From: an uncultured Anaerolineaceae bacterium
GTDB taxonomy: Bacteria > Chloroflexota > Anaerolineae > Aggregatilineales > Phototrophicaceae
Reading direction: 5' to 3'
Assembly: GCA_964508745.1 (NCBI GenBank)
Contig: CAZDVL010000001.1
Coordinates: 2,603-66,602, forward strand
Length of the DNA: 64,000 bases
The position numbers and the translations under genes were made by a program. Numbering within the stretch: position 1 is the stretch's first letter; every line of letters starts with the position of its first letter. Under the pieces are notes generated by a model. That model did no database searches, was not told where the DNA came from, and was given only the letters and a program-made list of their open reading frames with translations. Below, in pieces: positions 1-10,200 of the stretch.

Positions 1-1062
1 GAGCAGGTCGGCGCTGGCGCTTTCGATGCGCAGGCTGGGCAGGCTGATGCTCAGGCCGGAGCCGCCGTAGGCCGCGCGCACAGCCCGCACCAGTTCGTGC
101 ACGTCGCCGTAGTCCGACGACGACAGGCTGAGCAGGCTCACTTCTTCGAAGCCGGTGCTGCGCAGCACAGCGCCGACGGCTTCCACCACTTCCTGCACCG
201 GCCGCTCGCGCACCGGGCGCGTCACCATCCCGGCGTGGCAGAAGCGGCAGCCGCGCGTGCAGCCGCGCATAATCTCAATGGGGGCGCGGTTGTGAACGGT
301 GTCAATGTTGGGCACCAGGAACTTCGTGAACGGCGGCGGCAGCACCGGCACGATGCGCTTGAGCACGCGCTGCGGCGCTTCGGCCGTGTTCGGCGTGACG
401 CTGGCGACAGTGCCGTCGGGGTGATAGGCGGCGTCGTAAAAGCGCGGGACGTAAACGCCCTGGACGCGGGCCAGCGCCCGGAGCTGCTCCAGGCGCGGCA
501 GGCCGCGCACCAGGCGCACCAGGCGCGCAATCTCAACGATGATTTCCTCACCCTCGCCGATCACAAAGGCGTCAATGAAGGCCGACATTGGCTCAGGGTT
601 GTAGCAGGCGTGGCCGCCGGCGATCACCAGCGGGTAAGATTCGTCCCGCTGCGCGCTGGTCACCGGCATGCCGGCCAGGTCCAGCATGTTCAACACGTTG
701 GTGTACAACTGTTCGTAGGGCAGGCTGATGCCCAACAGGTCGAAGTCGCGGACGCGGCGTTTGGTTTCCAGCGTGTACAGCGGAATGCCCTCGGTGCGCA
801 TGACGGCTTCCATGTCGGCCCAGGGGGCAAAGACGCGCTCCGCCAGCATGTCCGGCTGCTGGTTAAGCTGGTCATAGAGCAGCATAATGCCCAGGTTGGA
901 CATGCCCAGGTCGTAGATGTCGGGGAAGGCCAGGGCCGCGCGCACAGCGACGGCGTCCCAGCTCTTGACCACGCTGTTGTATTCGCCGCCCACATAGCGG
1001 CCGGGCCGCTCGACGCGCAGCAGGACACGCTCCAGCGTGCTTTCGATCTGTTCGGGGCGCAT
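1..1062 (-). CDS. Radical SAM enzyme with B12-binding-like N-terminal domain (TIGR03960-like as I recall); its C-terminal part lies beyond the left edge
   Basis: It is absent from the ORF track because no stop falls inside the window. Reading the minus strand from ATG 1062-1060 gives MRPEQIESTLERVLLRVERPGRYVGGEYNS...PLVIAGGHACYNPEP...IEIMRGCTRGCRFCHAGMVTRP, which carries a CxxxCxxC Fe-S motif. AGGAG sits 8 nt upstream of the ATG. Track ORFs 97-1119(+), 222-551(-), 690-1028(-) and 872-1714(-) are other frames of this gene. Confidence 0.8.
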   Translation of the reverse strand, partial: MRPEQIESTLERVLLRVERPGRYVGGEYNSVVKSWDAVAVRAALAFPDIYDLGMSNLGIMLLYDQLNQQPDMLAERVFAPWADMEAVMRTEGIPLYTLETKRRVRDFDLLGISLPYEQLYTNVLNMLDLAGMPVTSAQRDESYPLVIAGGHACYNPEPMSAFIDAFVIGEGEEIIVEIARLVRLVRGLPRLEQLRALARVQGVYVPRFYDAAYHPDGTVASVTPNTAEAPQRVLKRIVPVLPPPFTKFLVPNIDTVHNRAPIEIMRGCTRGCRFCHAGMVTRPVRERPVQEVVEAVGAVLRSTGFEEVSLLSLSSSDYGDVHELVRAVRAAYGGSGLSISLPSLRIESASADLL

Positions 1063-1098
1063 CGAGGCCGCTCCTCGCGATCAGCTTGCAGATGGAAG

Positions 1099-1118
1099 TG
1101 CGCAATGTGCGCATTATA
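1099..1118 (-). promoter_or_regulatory. Candidate -10 box (TATAAT on the minus strand, 1118-1113) abutting a TGCGCA-ATG-TGCGCA direct repeat (1099-1113)
   Basis: A perfect TATAAT lies about 50 nt upstream of the radical SAM ATG, with no convincing -35. The two self-palindromic TGCGCA hexamers would lie just downstream of the predicted transcription start. Confidence 0.3.
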
Positions 1119-1273
1119 ACGAGTATCAGCGATGGCCGCAGGTTTGATCGCCGTGACCGGCGCGGCAGCGCCTGCATTTCGTTTATCCTGAGCGCTCTGA
1201 ATGGTGCTATGCTTATTGATGTTCCGTCCGGCGCTGGCCCGGAAAGCCAGTGTGTGCGGGAGGATAAAAACGC

Positions 1274-1792
1274 ATGAACGCCGATTACATCCGTTTCCTG
1301 CTGCAGTATAACTACGACATGCACCAGCGCGTGTGGGCCTGCATTGACCACCTGAGCGATGAGCAGTTTGTTGAGGAAACCGACTACTCGCTGCGTTCCG
1401 TGCGCAATCAGATGGTGCACGTCATGGGCGTGGACGAGCGCTGGCTGGCGCGGGTGCGCGACGAGCCGCTGCCAGCGCGCCCGGACGCGGCCGATTTTCC
1501 GACGCGCGCGGCGGTTCGCGCTTACTGGGACGCCGTTGAAGGGCGGATGCGCGCCTACGGCAGCGCGGTGGATGATGCGGCGCTTCAGGTTGTGTGCCAG
1601 TTCGACATGCCGCACCGCGGCGGCAGGAAAGCCACCCTTGTCTGGCAGATTCTGGCGCATGTGGTGAATCACGGCACCGACCACCGCGCCCAGGTGCTGG
1701 CGCTGCTGCACCATTTTGGCGCGCCAACGCTGGAACAGGACCTTATACTGTATCAGTGGGATACGCCCGCGTCCTCACAGCCGCGCGCATGA
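1274..1792 (+). CDS. DinB-family (DUF664-like) protein
   Basis: This is a 172-aa ORF with GGAGGA 9 nt upstream of the ATG. It shows DinB-style helical-bundle motifs with conserved His positions (RNQMVHVMGVDERW ... LAHVVNHGTDHRAQV). Confidence 0.8.
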   Translation: MNADYIRFLLQYNYDMHQRVWACIDHLSDEQFVEETDYSLRSVRNQMVHVMGVDERWLARVRDEPLPARPDAADFPTRAAVRAYWDAVEGRMRAYGSAVDDAALQVVCQFDMPHRGGRKATLVWQILAHVVNHGTDHRAQVLALLHHFGAPTLEQDLILYQWDTPASSQPRA

Positions 1793-1805
1793 AAGGGTGC
1801 TGCCG

Positions 1806-1976
1806 ATGGAGTGGGAGTGGTTCGACCGCCTGGCCGACAGCCCGAACGTGGAGCAGGCATTGTGCGCCAGCGGCGATGGCCGCGTGCTGCGCGCCAGCCG
1901 CAGCCTGACGGATGACATCGAACGAGCTGCCGCCATGCTGCAATCGGTGGATGTGCTGCTGCAGGCGCCGAGCTGA
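1806..1976 (+). CDS. Small hypothetical protein (56 aa)
   Basis: The inner ATG of track ORF 1716-1976 (MEWEWFDRLADSPNVEQALCASGDGRVLRAS...) has AAAGGG 9 nt upstream and starts 14 nt after the dinB stop. Third codon positions are GC-rich. I recognise no family. Confidence 0.3.
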   Translation: MEWEWFDRLADSPNVEQALCASGDGRVLRASRSLTDDIERAAAMLQSVDVLLQAPS

Positions 1977-2074
1977 TCGCCGCCGTGCGCGAGTGGCTGC
2001 GCGGGCGTTCAGCGCTGCGCTGATAATTTTCACATATTTTTAGTGAGACCCCAACACTCCCGCGCGGCGAGTGC

Positions 2075-2083
2075 TGTTATACT
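2075..2083 (+). promoter_or_regulatory. Extended -10 element TGtTATACT
   Basis: It lies about 50 nt upstream of the GTG of the small zinc-finger ORF, with no clear -35. Confidence 0.3.
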
Positions 2084-2132
2084 GTGCATAAGACTTTGTG
2101 AAACAGGTTGCTGACGGGAAAGGGAACAGGGC

Positions 2133-2312
2133 GTGCGCGCAGTTTTGGGGGTCCCGACGGGCGGCGAAGGGCAGAACAAGCCACAGGCAGAAGTCCGCTG
2201 CCCGTACTGTCAGCGAGCGTTTTACACCCCTGATGACCTGACGCTGCATATTGTGACGCGCCACACGCAGCTCAGCATCCGGCGCGGCCCATCGGCCCCG
2301 GCGGCTAAGTGA
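2133..2312 (+). CDS. Small (59 aa) protein with a single C2H2-type zinc-finger motif
   Basis: It is not in the track because it is below 60 aa. GTG 2133 is preceded by the purine-rich GGGAAAGGGAACAGG. The translation is VRAVLGVPTGGEGQNKPQAEVRCPYCQRAFYTPDDLTLHIVTRHTQLSIRRGPSAPAAK, with a C-x2-C-x12-H-x4-H spacing. About three quarters of third positions are G/C. The competing minus-strand ORF 2040-2264 translates to featureless sequence. Confidence 0.5.
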   Translation: MRAVLGVPTGGEGQNKPQAEVRCPYCQRAFYTPDDLTLHIVTRHTQLSIRRGPSAPAAK

Positions 2313-3222
2313 CGCCGCGTACGGCCGCTAAGCGGCGGTCGCGCTCGGCTGGCGTCACCTGATCCGGGTCAAGCGCGCCGATGCGTTCGATGCAGAACGA
2401 CGCCGCCACCGCCCCCATCGCCGCCGCTTCCTCAAACGATCTGCCCTTCACAATTCCCGCGAGCAGCCCCCCACAATAGGCATTTCCCGCCCCGGTCTGG
2501 TCGGTGACGCGCGCCGCTGGCGCGGCGGGGATATGGAATACCGCGCCGTCGCGCTGGGCGGCCAGCGAGCCATCCGCCCCCATGCGCAGCGCGACCGCCT
2601 GCGCGCCGTCCGCCAGCAGCGCCTGCACCAGCGCCTCTGGCGACAGCCTGCCGTACACCGCGCGCGCCTCGCTCAGGTTCGGCGACACCAGATCAACGCC
2701 TGTCTGCCGCAGCGTTTGCGCGAGGCGCCTGTGGCTGCCGGCGATCATAACCTGCTGCAGCGGCTCCCACAGGATGTAGCCGTTGAGGATGGGCCGCCAG
2801 GCGGCGACGCCTTCAAACCCCTGGAGCAGATAGTACCCGCGCGCGTGGCGATAAACCGGCGGCAGGTGGTCGGGCCGCGCGCCGGCGATGTAGGGCATGA
2901 TGGGGTCGGAGCGGTAGAGTTCGCGGCGCGTGCCATCCGCCTCGAAGATTTGCCAGGCGCGCGCCTGTGGATAGTCAACCGCGACCAGGCCGCGCGTGTC
3001 GAAATGGCGTTCCAGGCGCGCGGCGGTGTCCGGCGGCAGGCCGTGCCCGACCAGCGCCACGATGCCGGGGCGCTCGTCCCAGGCCGCCGCGCCCATCAGC
3101 GCGTGGGTGACGCCGCCGCCAAGCTGCGCCATGTGCGTCTGGCCGTCCGGCAGCACGATGTCGTCAATGAAAATTGAGCCGATGCCAACCAGGCCCGGCG
3201 CGGCGGCGTTCTGGGGGTTCAT
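2305..3222 (-). CDS. PfkB-family carbohydrate/nucleoside kinase (pseudouridine-kinase-like by context), with Asn in place of the GAGD Asp
   Basis: This 305-aa ORF has an N-terminal GIGSIFIDDIV motif and a C-terminal VTDQTGAGNAYCGGLLAG PfkB signature. Its ATG overlaps the psuG stop (ATGA at 3222-3219). Confidence 0.85.
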   Translation of the reverse strand: MNPQNAAAPGLVGIGSIFIDDIVLPDGQTHMAQLGGGVTHALMGAAAWDERPGIVALVGHGLPPDTAARLERHFDTRGLVAVDYPQARAWQIFEADGTRRELYRSDPIMPYIAGARPDHLPPVYRHARGYYLLQGFEGVAAWRPILNGYILWEPLQQVMIAGSHRRLAQTLRQTGVDLVSPNLSEARAVYGRLSPEALVQALLADGAQAVALRMGADGSLAAQRDGAVFHIPAAPAARVTDQTGAGNAYCGGLLAGIVKGRSFEEAAAMGAVAASFCIERIGALDPDQVTPAERDRRLAAVRGVT

Positions 3223-4130
3223 TGGGCGTGCAGCGCCGCTGCGATCAGCCCGGCGGCGCGCGCGTTGTTGATCAGCAGCGCGGTGTTGGCGCGCCGCGAT
3301 TTGCCCTCGGTCAGCTCCAGCACGCGGCCCAGCACAAACGGCGTGATTTCTTTGCCGTGCACGCCCCGCGCGGCGGCCTCGGCCGTCGCCTGTTCGATGG
3401 CGGCCTCGGCGACGCTGGCCGGCAGTTCGTCGGCGGCGGGCACTGGCACCGCGACCAGCAGCCCGTGCTGCGCCCCTAACTGCCGGGCGGCGGCGATGAT
3501 CTGCGCGGCGGCGGCGGGCGTTTCAACGCGGACATCCACCGGCAGGCCGCTGCTGCGGCTGTAGAACGCCGGCAGCGTGTCTGTTTGCAGCCCGATGATG
3601 GGCACCCCCTGCGTTTCCAGCACCTCAACCGTCAGCGGCAGGTCAAGGATGGACTTCGCGCCGGAGCAGACCACGGCCACGGGCGTGCGGCCCAGTTCGA
3701 TTAAGTCAGCGGACACGTCGAACGGCTGGCCGCGATGCACGCCGCCGATGCCGCCTGTCGCGAACACGCGCACCCCGGCCATGTGCGCCACGATCATTGT
3801 GCCGGCGACAGTGGTCGCGGCGTCCTCGCCCAGGCCGACGGCGATCGGCAGGTCGCGCCGGCTGCACTTGCGCACGCTGCCGGCGGGCCGCTGCGCCAGA
3901 CGCTCGATCTCGGCCTGCGCCAGGCCGACGGTGACGCGGCCCCGCAGCACCGCGATGGTGGCGGGAACAGCCCCGCCGGCGCGAACGGCCTCCTCCATCG
4001 CCAGCGCCGTTTCGAGGTTGATCGGGTAGGGCAGGCCGTGCGTGATCAGGGTTGATTCCAGCGCCACGACCGGCTGCCCAGCGGCGAGCGCGGCGGCTAC
4101 CGGCTGTGCGAAGTCAAGCTCAGGGTTCAT
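3219..4130 (-). CDS. psuG: Pseudouridine-5'-phosphate glycosidase
   Basis: This is a 303-aa ORF (PVVALESTLITHGLPYPINLETA...GGIGGVHRG...DVSADL...), an indigoidine-synthase-A-like family pattern. It is coupled to the downstream PfkB kinase. Confidence 0.9.
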   Translation of the reverse strand: MNPELDFAQPVAAALAAGQPVVALESTLITHGLPYPINLETALAMEEAVRAGGAVPATIAVLRGRVTVGLAQAEIERLAQRPAGSVRKCSRRDLPIAVGLGEDAATTVAGTMIVAHMAGVRVFATGGIGGVHRGQPFDVSADLIELGRTPVAVVCSGAKSILDLPLTVEVLETQGVPIIGLQTDTLPAFYSRSSGLPVDVRVETPAAAAQIIAAARQLGAQHGLLVAVPVPAADELPASVAEAAIEQATAEAAARGVHGKEITPFVLGRVLELTEGKSRRANTALLINNARAAGLIAAALHAQ

Positions 4131-4168
4131 TGCTGTGCTGTCCGTTCAGACACAAATAAGGCGCGGCT

Positions 4169-4177
4169 ATTGTAGCA
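4169..4177 (-). promoter_or_regulatory. Extended -10 element (TGcTACAAT on the minus strand) for psuG
   Basis: It lies between the giant-gene terminator and the psuG ATG, about 40 nt upstream of the ATG. Confidence 0.4.
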
Positions 4178-4186
4178 CGGCCGGCC

Positions 4187-4218
4187 GCAAAACGGCCCGC
4201 TCAGTTTCGAGCGGGCCG
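4187..4218 (-). terminator. Intrinsic terminator of the giant gene
   Basis: On the minus-strand RNA a 10-bp GC stem (4209-4218 pairs with 4193-4202) with a 6-nt loop is followed by UUUUG (4192-4188). It lies 43 nt after the stop at 4261. Confidence 0.65.
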
Positions 4219-4260
4219 CGCTGTTGATGGGCTTGCCGGGGAAAACGCCTGCCGGCTGCG

Positions 4261-7200
4261 CTACGGGATAACCTGGATGGCGTCCACGTTGAAGCGCAGG
4301 CCAGGCGTGCGGTTTTCCAGGATGATGTGGTGGTTCTGGTTCTGGCCCAGGCCGTAGAACGCGATGGGCGAGAAGTATTTGTACGGGCCGTACTGGCTGA
4401 AGTTGGAACACTGCATTTCGCTGCCGCTCTCCGCCAGACAGACGCGCACGTCGCTGCTGTTGGCGTAGTTGAACTGCTGGTACAGCGTCAGGCCGTTGCC
4501 CCTGATGTACAGGCTGAGGGTCGAGCCAGCGCGGATGGTGAACTGTTCCGTCTTGTTCCACGGGCCGTAGGGCGGCCCGTAGTACACATACGGCGGGGCG
4601 CCCCAGGTGCCCGCCGGGCCGAAGCTGGCGGCGGCGCTGGTGAGCAGCTCGGCGTCGTCGTACATGCCGGGGGTCAGCGGCGCGTTGGGCGCGCGCCCGC
4701 CTGCGCCGTTGTCCACCGTCGCGACATCGCCCATGATTGCGATCGCGTCCACGTACAGCCACTCCCACACCGAGATCGCGCCGTCGGACTGCTGCGCCGC
4801 CGGTTTGAGCTTGACCTCCACCCGGTAGCGCCCGTAAGGCAGGCCGTAGTAGGACTGGCCATACTGGAAGTGCAGCGCCCCCAGCGAGTCGTTGCTGCCG
4901 TTCTGGCAGGTCGGCGCGCCCCAGGCGCTGCCGGTCCACGGCTCGTAGCACACCTGGAAGTCCAGGCCGTAGAGCCACTGCATCGTGCCGATCGAGAAAC
5001 CGGTGCCTTCGAACTCGAACTTCAGCGCCGCGTTGGGGTCCTGCGTGCGCTGCTGGCCGCCGCCCACCGCCCAGGGGTGCTTGCTGATGGGAACCGCGAA
5101 GCCCTGCTGCCAGGCGCCGGTCTGCTGAATGAGCGAGCCGTCGGCGGCGTTGAACAGGTAGTCGTCGTACACGCCCTCGGTGAGCGTGCGGCCGGCGATC
5201 ACCTGGAAGCCCGCCACGTTGAACAGGCCGGTCGTCAGCGTCGAGAAGGTGACGGTGCGGTTGACAGGCGCGCCGCCGCTGTTGGTCAGGCTGAAGACCT
5301 GGAAGCGTGACGCCTGCGCCGTCGTGATGACCTCGCATTTGTCGCGCGCGCCGGTTGTGGCGTCGTAGGCACAGGCCAGAATCTGCGCGCTGTTGCTGTA
5401 GGTCGGGTTGCCGGTGTCGAGCACGATGGTGGTCAGGCCGCCGGCAGACTGGGCCGGGACCTGCACCTGCAGCGTCAGCGCGGAGCCGGGGTAGAGCGGC
5501 GAGATGCGGCCGAGCGGGTCGCCAATGCCGCGGTAGCTCTGGTTGTAGTAGTAGTAAGCGGGCGCGCCCGTGACACGCGCCCAGCGGTTGGACGGCGTGA
5601 ACTGGAGGTAAGGCGCGCTGCCGGCGGCGTCATCGTTGTAGCTGCCGGGCGGCACGACCGGCGGCAGCGCTGTGTTGAACACCTGGACATAGTCCACGCG
5701 CAGGCGCGCCGGGTAGAAGGGGTAGCGGGCGAAGCCGGGGATGTGCTTGGTCAGCTCCGACCTGCCGTCGTTCAGGTTGGCGACATAGGCGCGGTAGACG
5801 CCCGGCGCCAGGCCGCCGACAGTGCGCAGCGTGTAGTAGTTGGGCGCCGGTATCTCGTTCTGATAGTCGTAGCAGTACTCGCCGGTGCCGTCCCAGGTGC
5901 CGTCGAAGCTGGCGTCGGGCGCGTAGCAGACGCGCATCTCGCTGCCGAAGATGTCCACGACCGTGCTGACGGCGAAGCCCGTGCCCTCGAACGTGAACTC
6001 CAGGCTGCCGCCGCCGGTTGTCTGGGCCGACGGCAGTTCGGTCTGGGCGACGCTGCCGCCGCTGTAGACCGGGCTGTTGAGCGTGGTCCAGGCCCCTGTA
6101 AGCTGAAGCGGCGCGCCGGGGTTGGCGCTCATCTGCGTGTTTTCATAGAGGCCCGCGCCCAGCACCAGCGTGTTGATCGTCCGCACTTCAAAGCCGTCCA
6201 CCAGGAAAAGGCCGGGCGTCAGCGTGCGGAAAACGATCAGGTAGTTGCCTGGCGCTGTGACGTTGACGCCGTTCGTCAGCGTGACGTTCTGCTGGCGCGA
6301 TGTCCACATGCCCGGCGTGACCAGCTCGCAGGCGAACTGCGTGTTGGGCGCGTCGGTGCGGCGGTAACAGGCCTGCAGCTCGCGGCTGTTGGCGGCGGAC
6401 TGGTAGCCGGTGTTCAGCGTGACCGTCGTGCTGCCCACCGCCGGCACCGTCACGTGCAGGGCTGCGGCTGCGCCGCCGTAGAGCGGCGAGTACTGCCGGA
6501 GGTCGTTGACAACCGCCGTGTAGCTCTGGCCGGTGTACGCATAGGCCGCTGCGCCGCTGAACGTGCTCCAGCGGTTGGCCGGGGCCGTTTGCAGGTACGG
6601 CCGGCTGTCGCTGGCGGCGGCGGTGTCGTTGTAGACGCCGGGCGGGACCAGCGGCGGCAGGGCGGCGCCGGCGTCAATGACCTGAACGTAGTCAATGACC
6701 AGCCGGGCCGGGAAGATCTGTGTGTTGCGCGGCAGCGTGGGGACAACGACCGATTCGCCGTCGTCGCTGTTTTCGATGCGCACGGTGTAGGTGCCGCGCT
6801 CCAGGCCGGCGATCGTGCGGCTGGTGTAGTAGCTGACGCCCACGTACTCGTTCTGGAAGGTTTCGCACACCTCAGCCGGCCAGCCGGCCATCTGGTAGCA
6901 GACGCGCATCTCGCTGCCCCAGCGGTCAAGCAGGGTGCCAATCGAGATGCCTGTGCCGGTGAAGCTGAAGCTCAGGCTGCCGCCGATGTTCGGCGTGGCG
7001 GGGCTGGCGGGCGGCGGCGTGTCTTTCCTGAACTCGGTGCTGAGGGCGCGCCCGCCCGTGTACGGCGCCAGCGTGATGGTTTTCCAGTCCTCGCTGTTGG
7101 CGTTGTTGGCGACGGTGAACAGGCTGAACGCCGGGCTGTTGTAGGTCTTGATGCCTGTGCCCGTCATCAGGAATTCTTCGTGGACACCTGCCGTCAGCGT

Positions 7201-10200
7201 GCTGCCGGGGATCACCTGGAAACCGGCGATGTTGAAGAAGCCCGGCGTGAGTGTGCGGAACGTCAGGCGGTAGTCTGCGCCCGGCCCGCTGTGGCCGATC
7301 TGCAGCGTCTGGTAGCGCATCGTGCGCATGGTGGTCAGCACGCGGCAGGTCCCGTTGTCGGTGGTGACTGTGCCGTCACCAGCCACCTGATCCACGCATA
7401 CCAGCAGTTGGTCGCTGTTGAGGTAGGACGGGTTGCCGGTGTCGAGGATCACGGTGGCGCCGGGGTCGGTGACGCTCACGCGCAGCGTGGCGACCGGGCC
7501 GACGTAGCGGTTTGTGACGTTGCCAAAGTTGTCAGTGATGCCGGTGAACGACTGGTTCGCGTAGGTCAGGGCGCGCCAGTCGGTGATCTGCCGCCAGCGG
7601 CTGGCGGGCGCGACCTGCAGATAGGGGCTGCCGCCGTCGGTGGCGCTGTCGTTGAAGCTGCCGCTGGCCACCGCCGGGGGCAGGGGGCTGTTGTAGATAC
7701 TCACGTAGTCCACGCGCAGGCGCGGGATGTTCCAGGTGCGCGCCGGCAGCGTCGGGTAGACGGCTGAGCCGTTCGTGTCCAGGTGCCGCGCGCGGACGGT
7801 GTAGCTGCCCGCCGTCAGCGCGTTGACCGTGCGTGCAGTGGTGTAGTTGGGCGCGGCGGTCTCGTTCTGGTAGATGTAACAGCGCGGGCCGGCGGCGTCG
7901 AACAGCGCCGGGTCGAAGGCAGCGCCGCCAAAGTTGGCGCTGATCGTGCCGCTGGCGTAGCAGACTTCCAGCTCGCTGCCGTAGATATCGGTCGTTGAGC
8001 CGATCTCGAAGCCGGTTCCGTTGAAGTCGAACACCAGGTAGTCCCCGGCGGTCGAGGTCTGCACCAGGCTGCCGCCGCTGAACACCGGGCTGGGCAGCGT
8101 GGCCCAGTTGGGCGTGGCTGCGGTCCAGACAGGGATCGTGCCCTGGGGCGTGTTGTTCGCCAGCATCAGGCCGGCGCGCAGCTTGGGGTGCGTTTCTTCG
8201 TAGGTGCCCTCAACCAGCGGGTCGAGGCTGTTGTAGATCGTAACATAGTCAATGACGGCGCTGGCGTAGGGCGGATTGTAGGCGTTGTGCCGCACCAGGA
8301 CTGAGCGCACCCCCATGCTGGGGAATGCGCGCCCGTAAAGCTGCCGCGCATACGAGATTGTGCTGGCCGGGGGCCAGGTTTCGCAGGCCCACGTGCCAGG
8401 GTTGGCGGCGTAGTCGGCGCGGTCGAACTGGCCGTCCTTGCTGCAGATGTCGAGCTGGTTGTAAGGGCTGAGGAACGCGCCGATTTCGACGTAGGCGCCG
8501 TTCATGTAGAACAGCATGTCGGCGTTGTCAACGGTGGTGCGCATGCCGTGAATGGCCGTGTAGAGGCCAGAGGCGAGCGGCGACCAGCGGCTGTCGAACT
8601 GGAGCAGCGGGTTGTCGTCCTCGTGCTGGCCGACGGGCAGCGGGCTGCCGGTGTTGTAGACATCCACCGCGTCCAGGAACAGCACGCTGGCGTTAACCAG
8701 CGTCACCGTGACGATGCGCTCGCTGGTGTCGGGCAGGCGCACGAGCACCGGGTTCTGCTGGCCGAGGACCTGGAGGCAGTTCTGGCCGGGCACAGCCGCG
8801 TCGAAATCAACGCCGCTGGCGCAGATTTCCATCGTGGCCCAGCCGTAAACCGCCGGGCGCACGATGCGCACCAGGTCCACGCCAGAGGTGCGGAAGGCGA
8901 AGCCCGCGCCCTGACGGTACAAACTCATGTCGTAGTTCTTGCCCGAATACGTGACCCAGGGGCCTTCGACGGTGCTCCAGCCGGTGCCAAAGTAGTAGAA
9001 AGGCGTCGTGGTCGGGTCAGCCGTGAACTGTTTGAAGCTGGTTTCGTAGCGCTGGCCCGGCTGGTCCAGCCGCAGCGTCGGGAGCGTGTGGTTGAAAATC
9101 TCAAGCGCGTCGAACTTCATGGTGGTCTGCGCCGGGCTGTTCGGCACGTTGGAGATGACCACGGTGAAGTCAGCCGGCGCGGCGCTGAGGCCGATGACGG
9201 TGCGCGGCGCTTTGTAGAGCGTATACGGCAGATAGTTGTTATAGGTGCGGCAGGTTCCGGTGCTGCGCACCGCGCTCTCAGTGTGATCAAGGCCGGCCAG
9301 CCAGCAGATTTCGGCGCTGCCGGCCAGGTAATCAGTTGTGAAGTAGGCGGCGAAGCCGGTGCCGTTCATCTCGAAGATCACGTTGGCGCCGGCCTCGGTG
9401 GTCTGCCGGGCCGCCAGCCCGGACGCATAGCCGGCGAGCGGCCATTTCAGGTCGGTCCAGACGCCGTTGTAGCGATAGGCCGAGGTCGGGCTGCTGGGCA
9501 GCAGGCTGAATTCCTCATAGTAGCCGGCGGCCAGCGGCAGGCTGCTGTCGAACACGGTCACCTTGTCGAAGTTGAACGGGCTGTTGACCAGGCTGAAGAT
9601 CTCGACTGTGTGCGCGCCGGCTGCCACCCAGCCCGCCGCGAAGTCGCTCTCCCTGATCACCAGCGGGTTGGGGGCGGTGCGCAGGTTATGCAGCACACAG
9701 TAATCGCTCTGCACGCCGGCAGGCCCGCCGCTGGCGCGGTCCACACAGATCAGCGCCTGCTGCGTATCAATGGTTGGGATCGCCACCCGCGACCACTCGA
9801 AGCGGTCGGCGGTGGCCGGAAGCTGGAAGCTGACGAACGGCCCGGCGTTGATGATGCCCCAGGCGACGGTGTGCAGGCTGCGGTTAGAGGCGCGCGCGTC
9901 CACCGTGTTGAACGTCCAGCTATCGTCGCGCCCGTTGCCAAAGACGATCGGCCCGATGATGTCGTTTTCGGTGACGCCGGTGGGCAGCGTTGCGGTGGGC
10001 TGCTGGTCAAAGACCGTGATCGAGTCGACCACCAGGCGCGCGCCAGTGGGGATTTCCTTGATGATCAGGCGCGCTTCGTGCACATCGTTGAGGCCGTTGG
10101 CGAAGCCGTAGAAGGGCCGGAAAGCGCCGAAGGTGGGCAGGTAGACCGCGCCGTCGCCGTTGCGAAATTCCTGGCACACCCAGGCGTTGGCGGCGCTGCT

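Noticed and set aside
1806-2030. The possibility that the 56-aa ORF is the front of a frameshifted Roadblock/LC7-like gene continuing in another frame (..AGAELIAAVREWLRGRSALR).
   Set aside because: Even when joined, the product would be only about 70 aa, and the similarity to Roadblock domains is an impression without clear motifs. There is not enough evidence for a pseudogene call.
2040-2264. A 74-aa minus-strand ORF listed in the track.
   Set aside because: Its translation is featureless and it has no SD. It overlaps the plus-strand zinc-finger ORF, which has a recognisable motif, a purine-rich upstream region and a GC3 bias.
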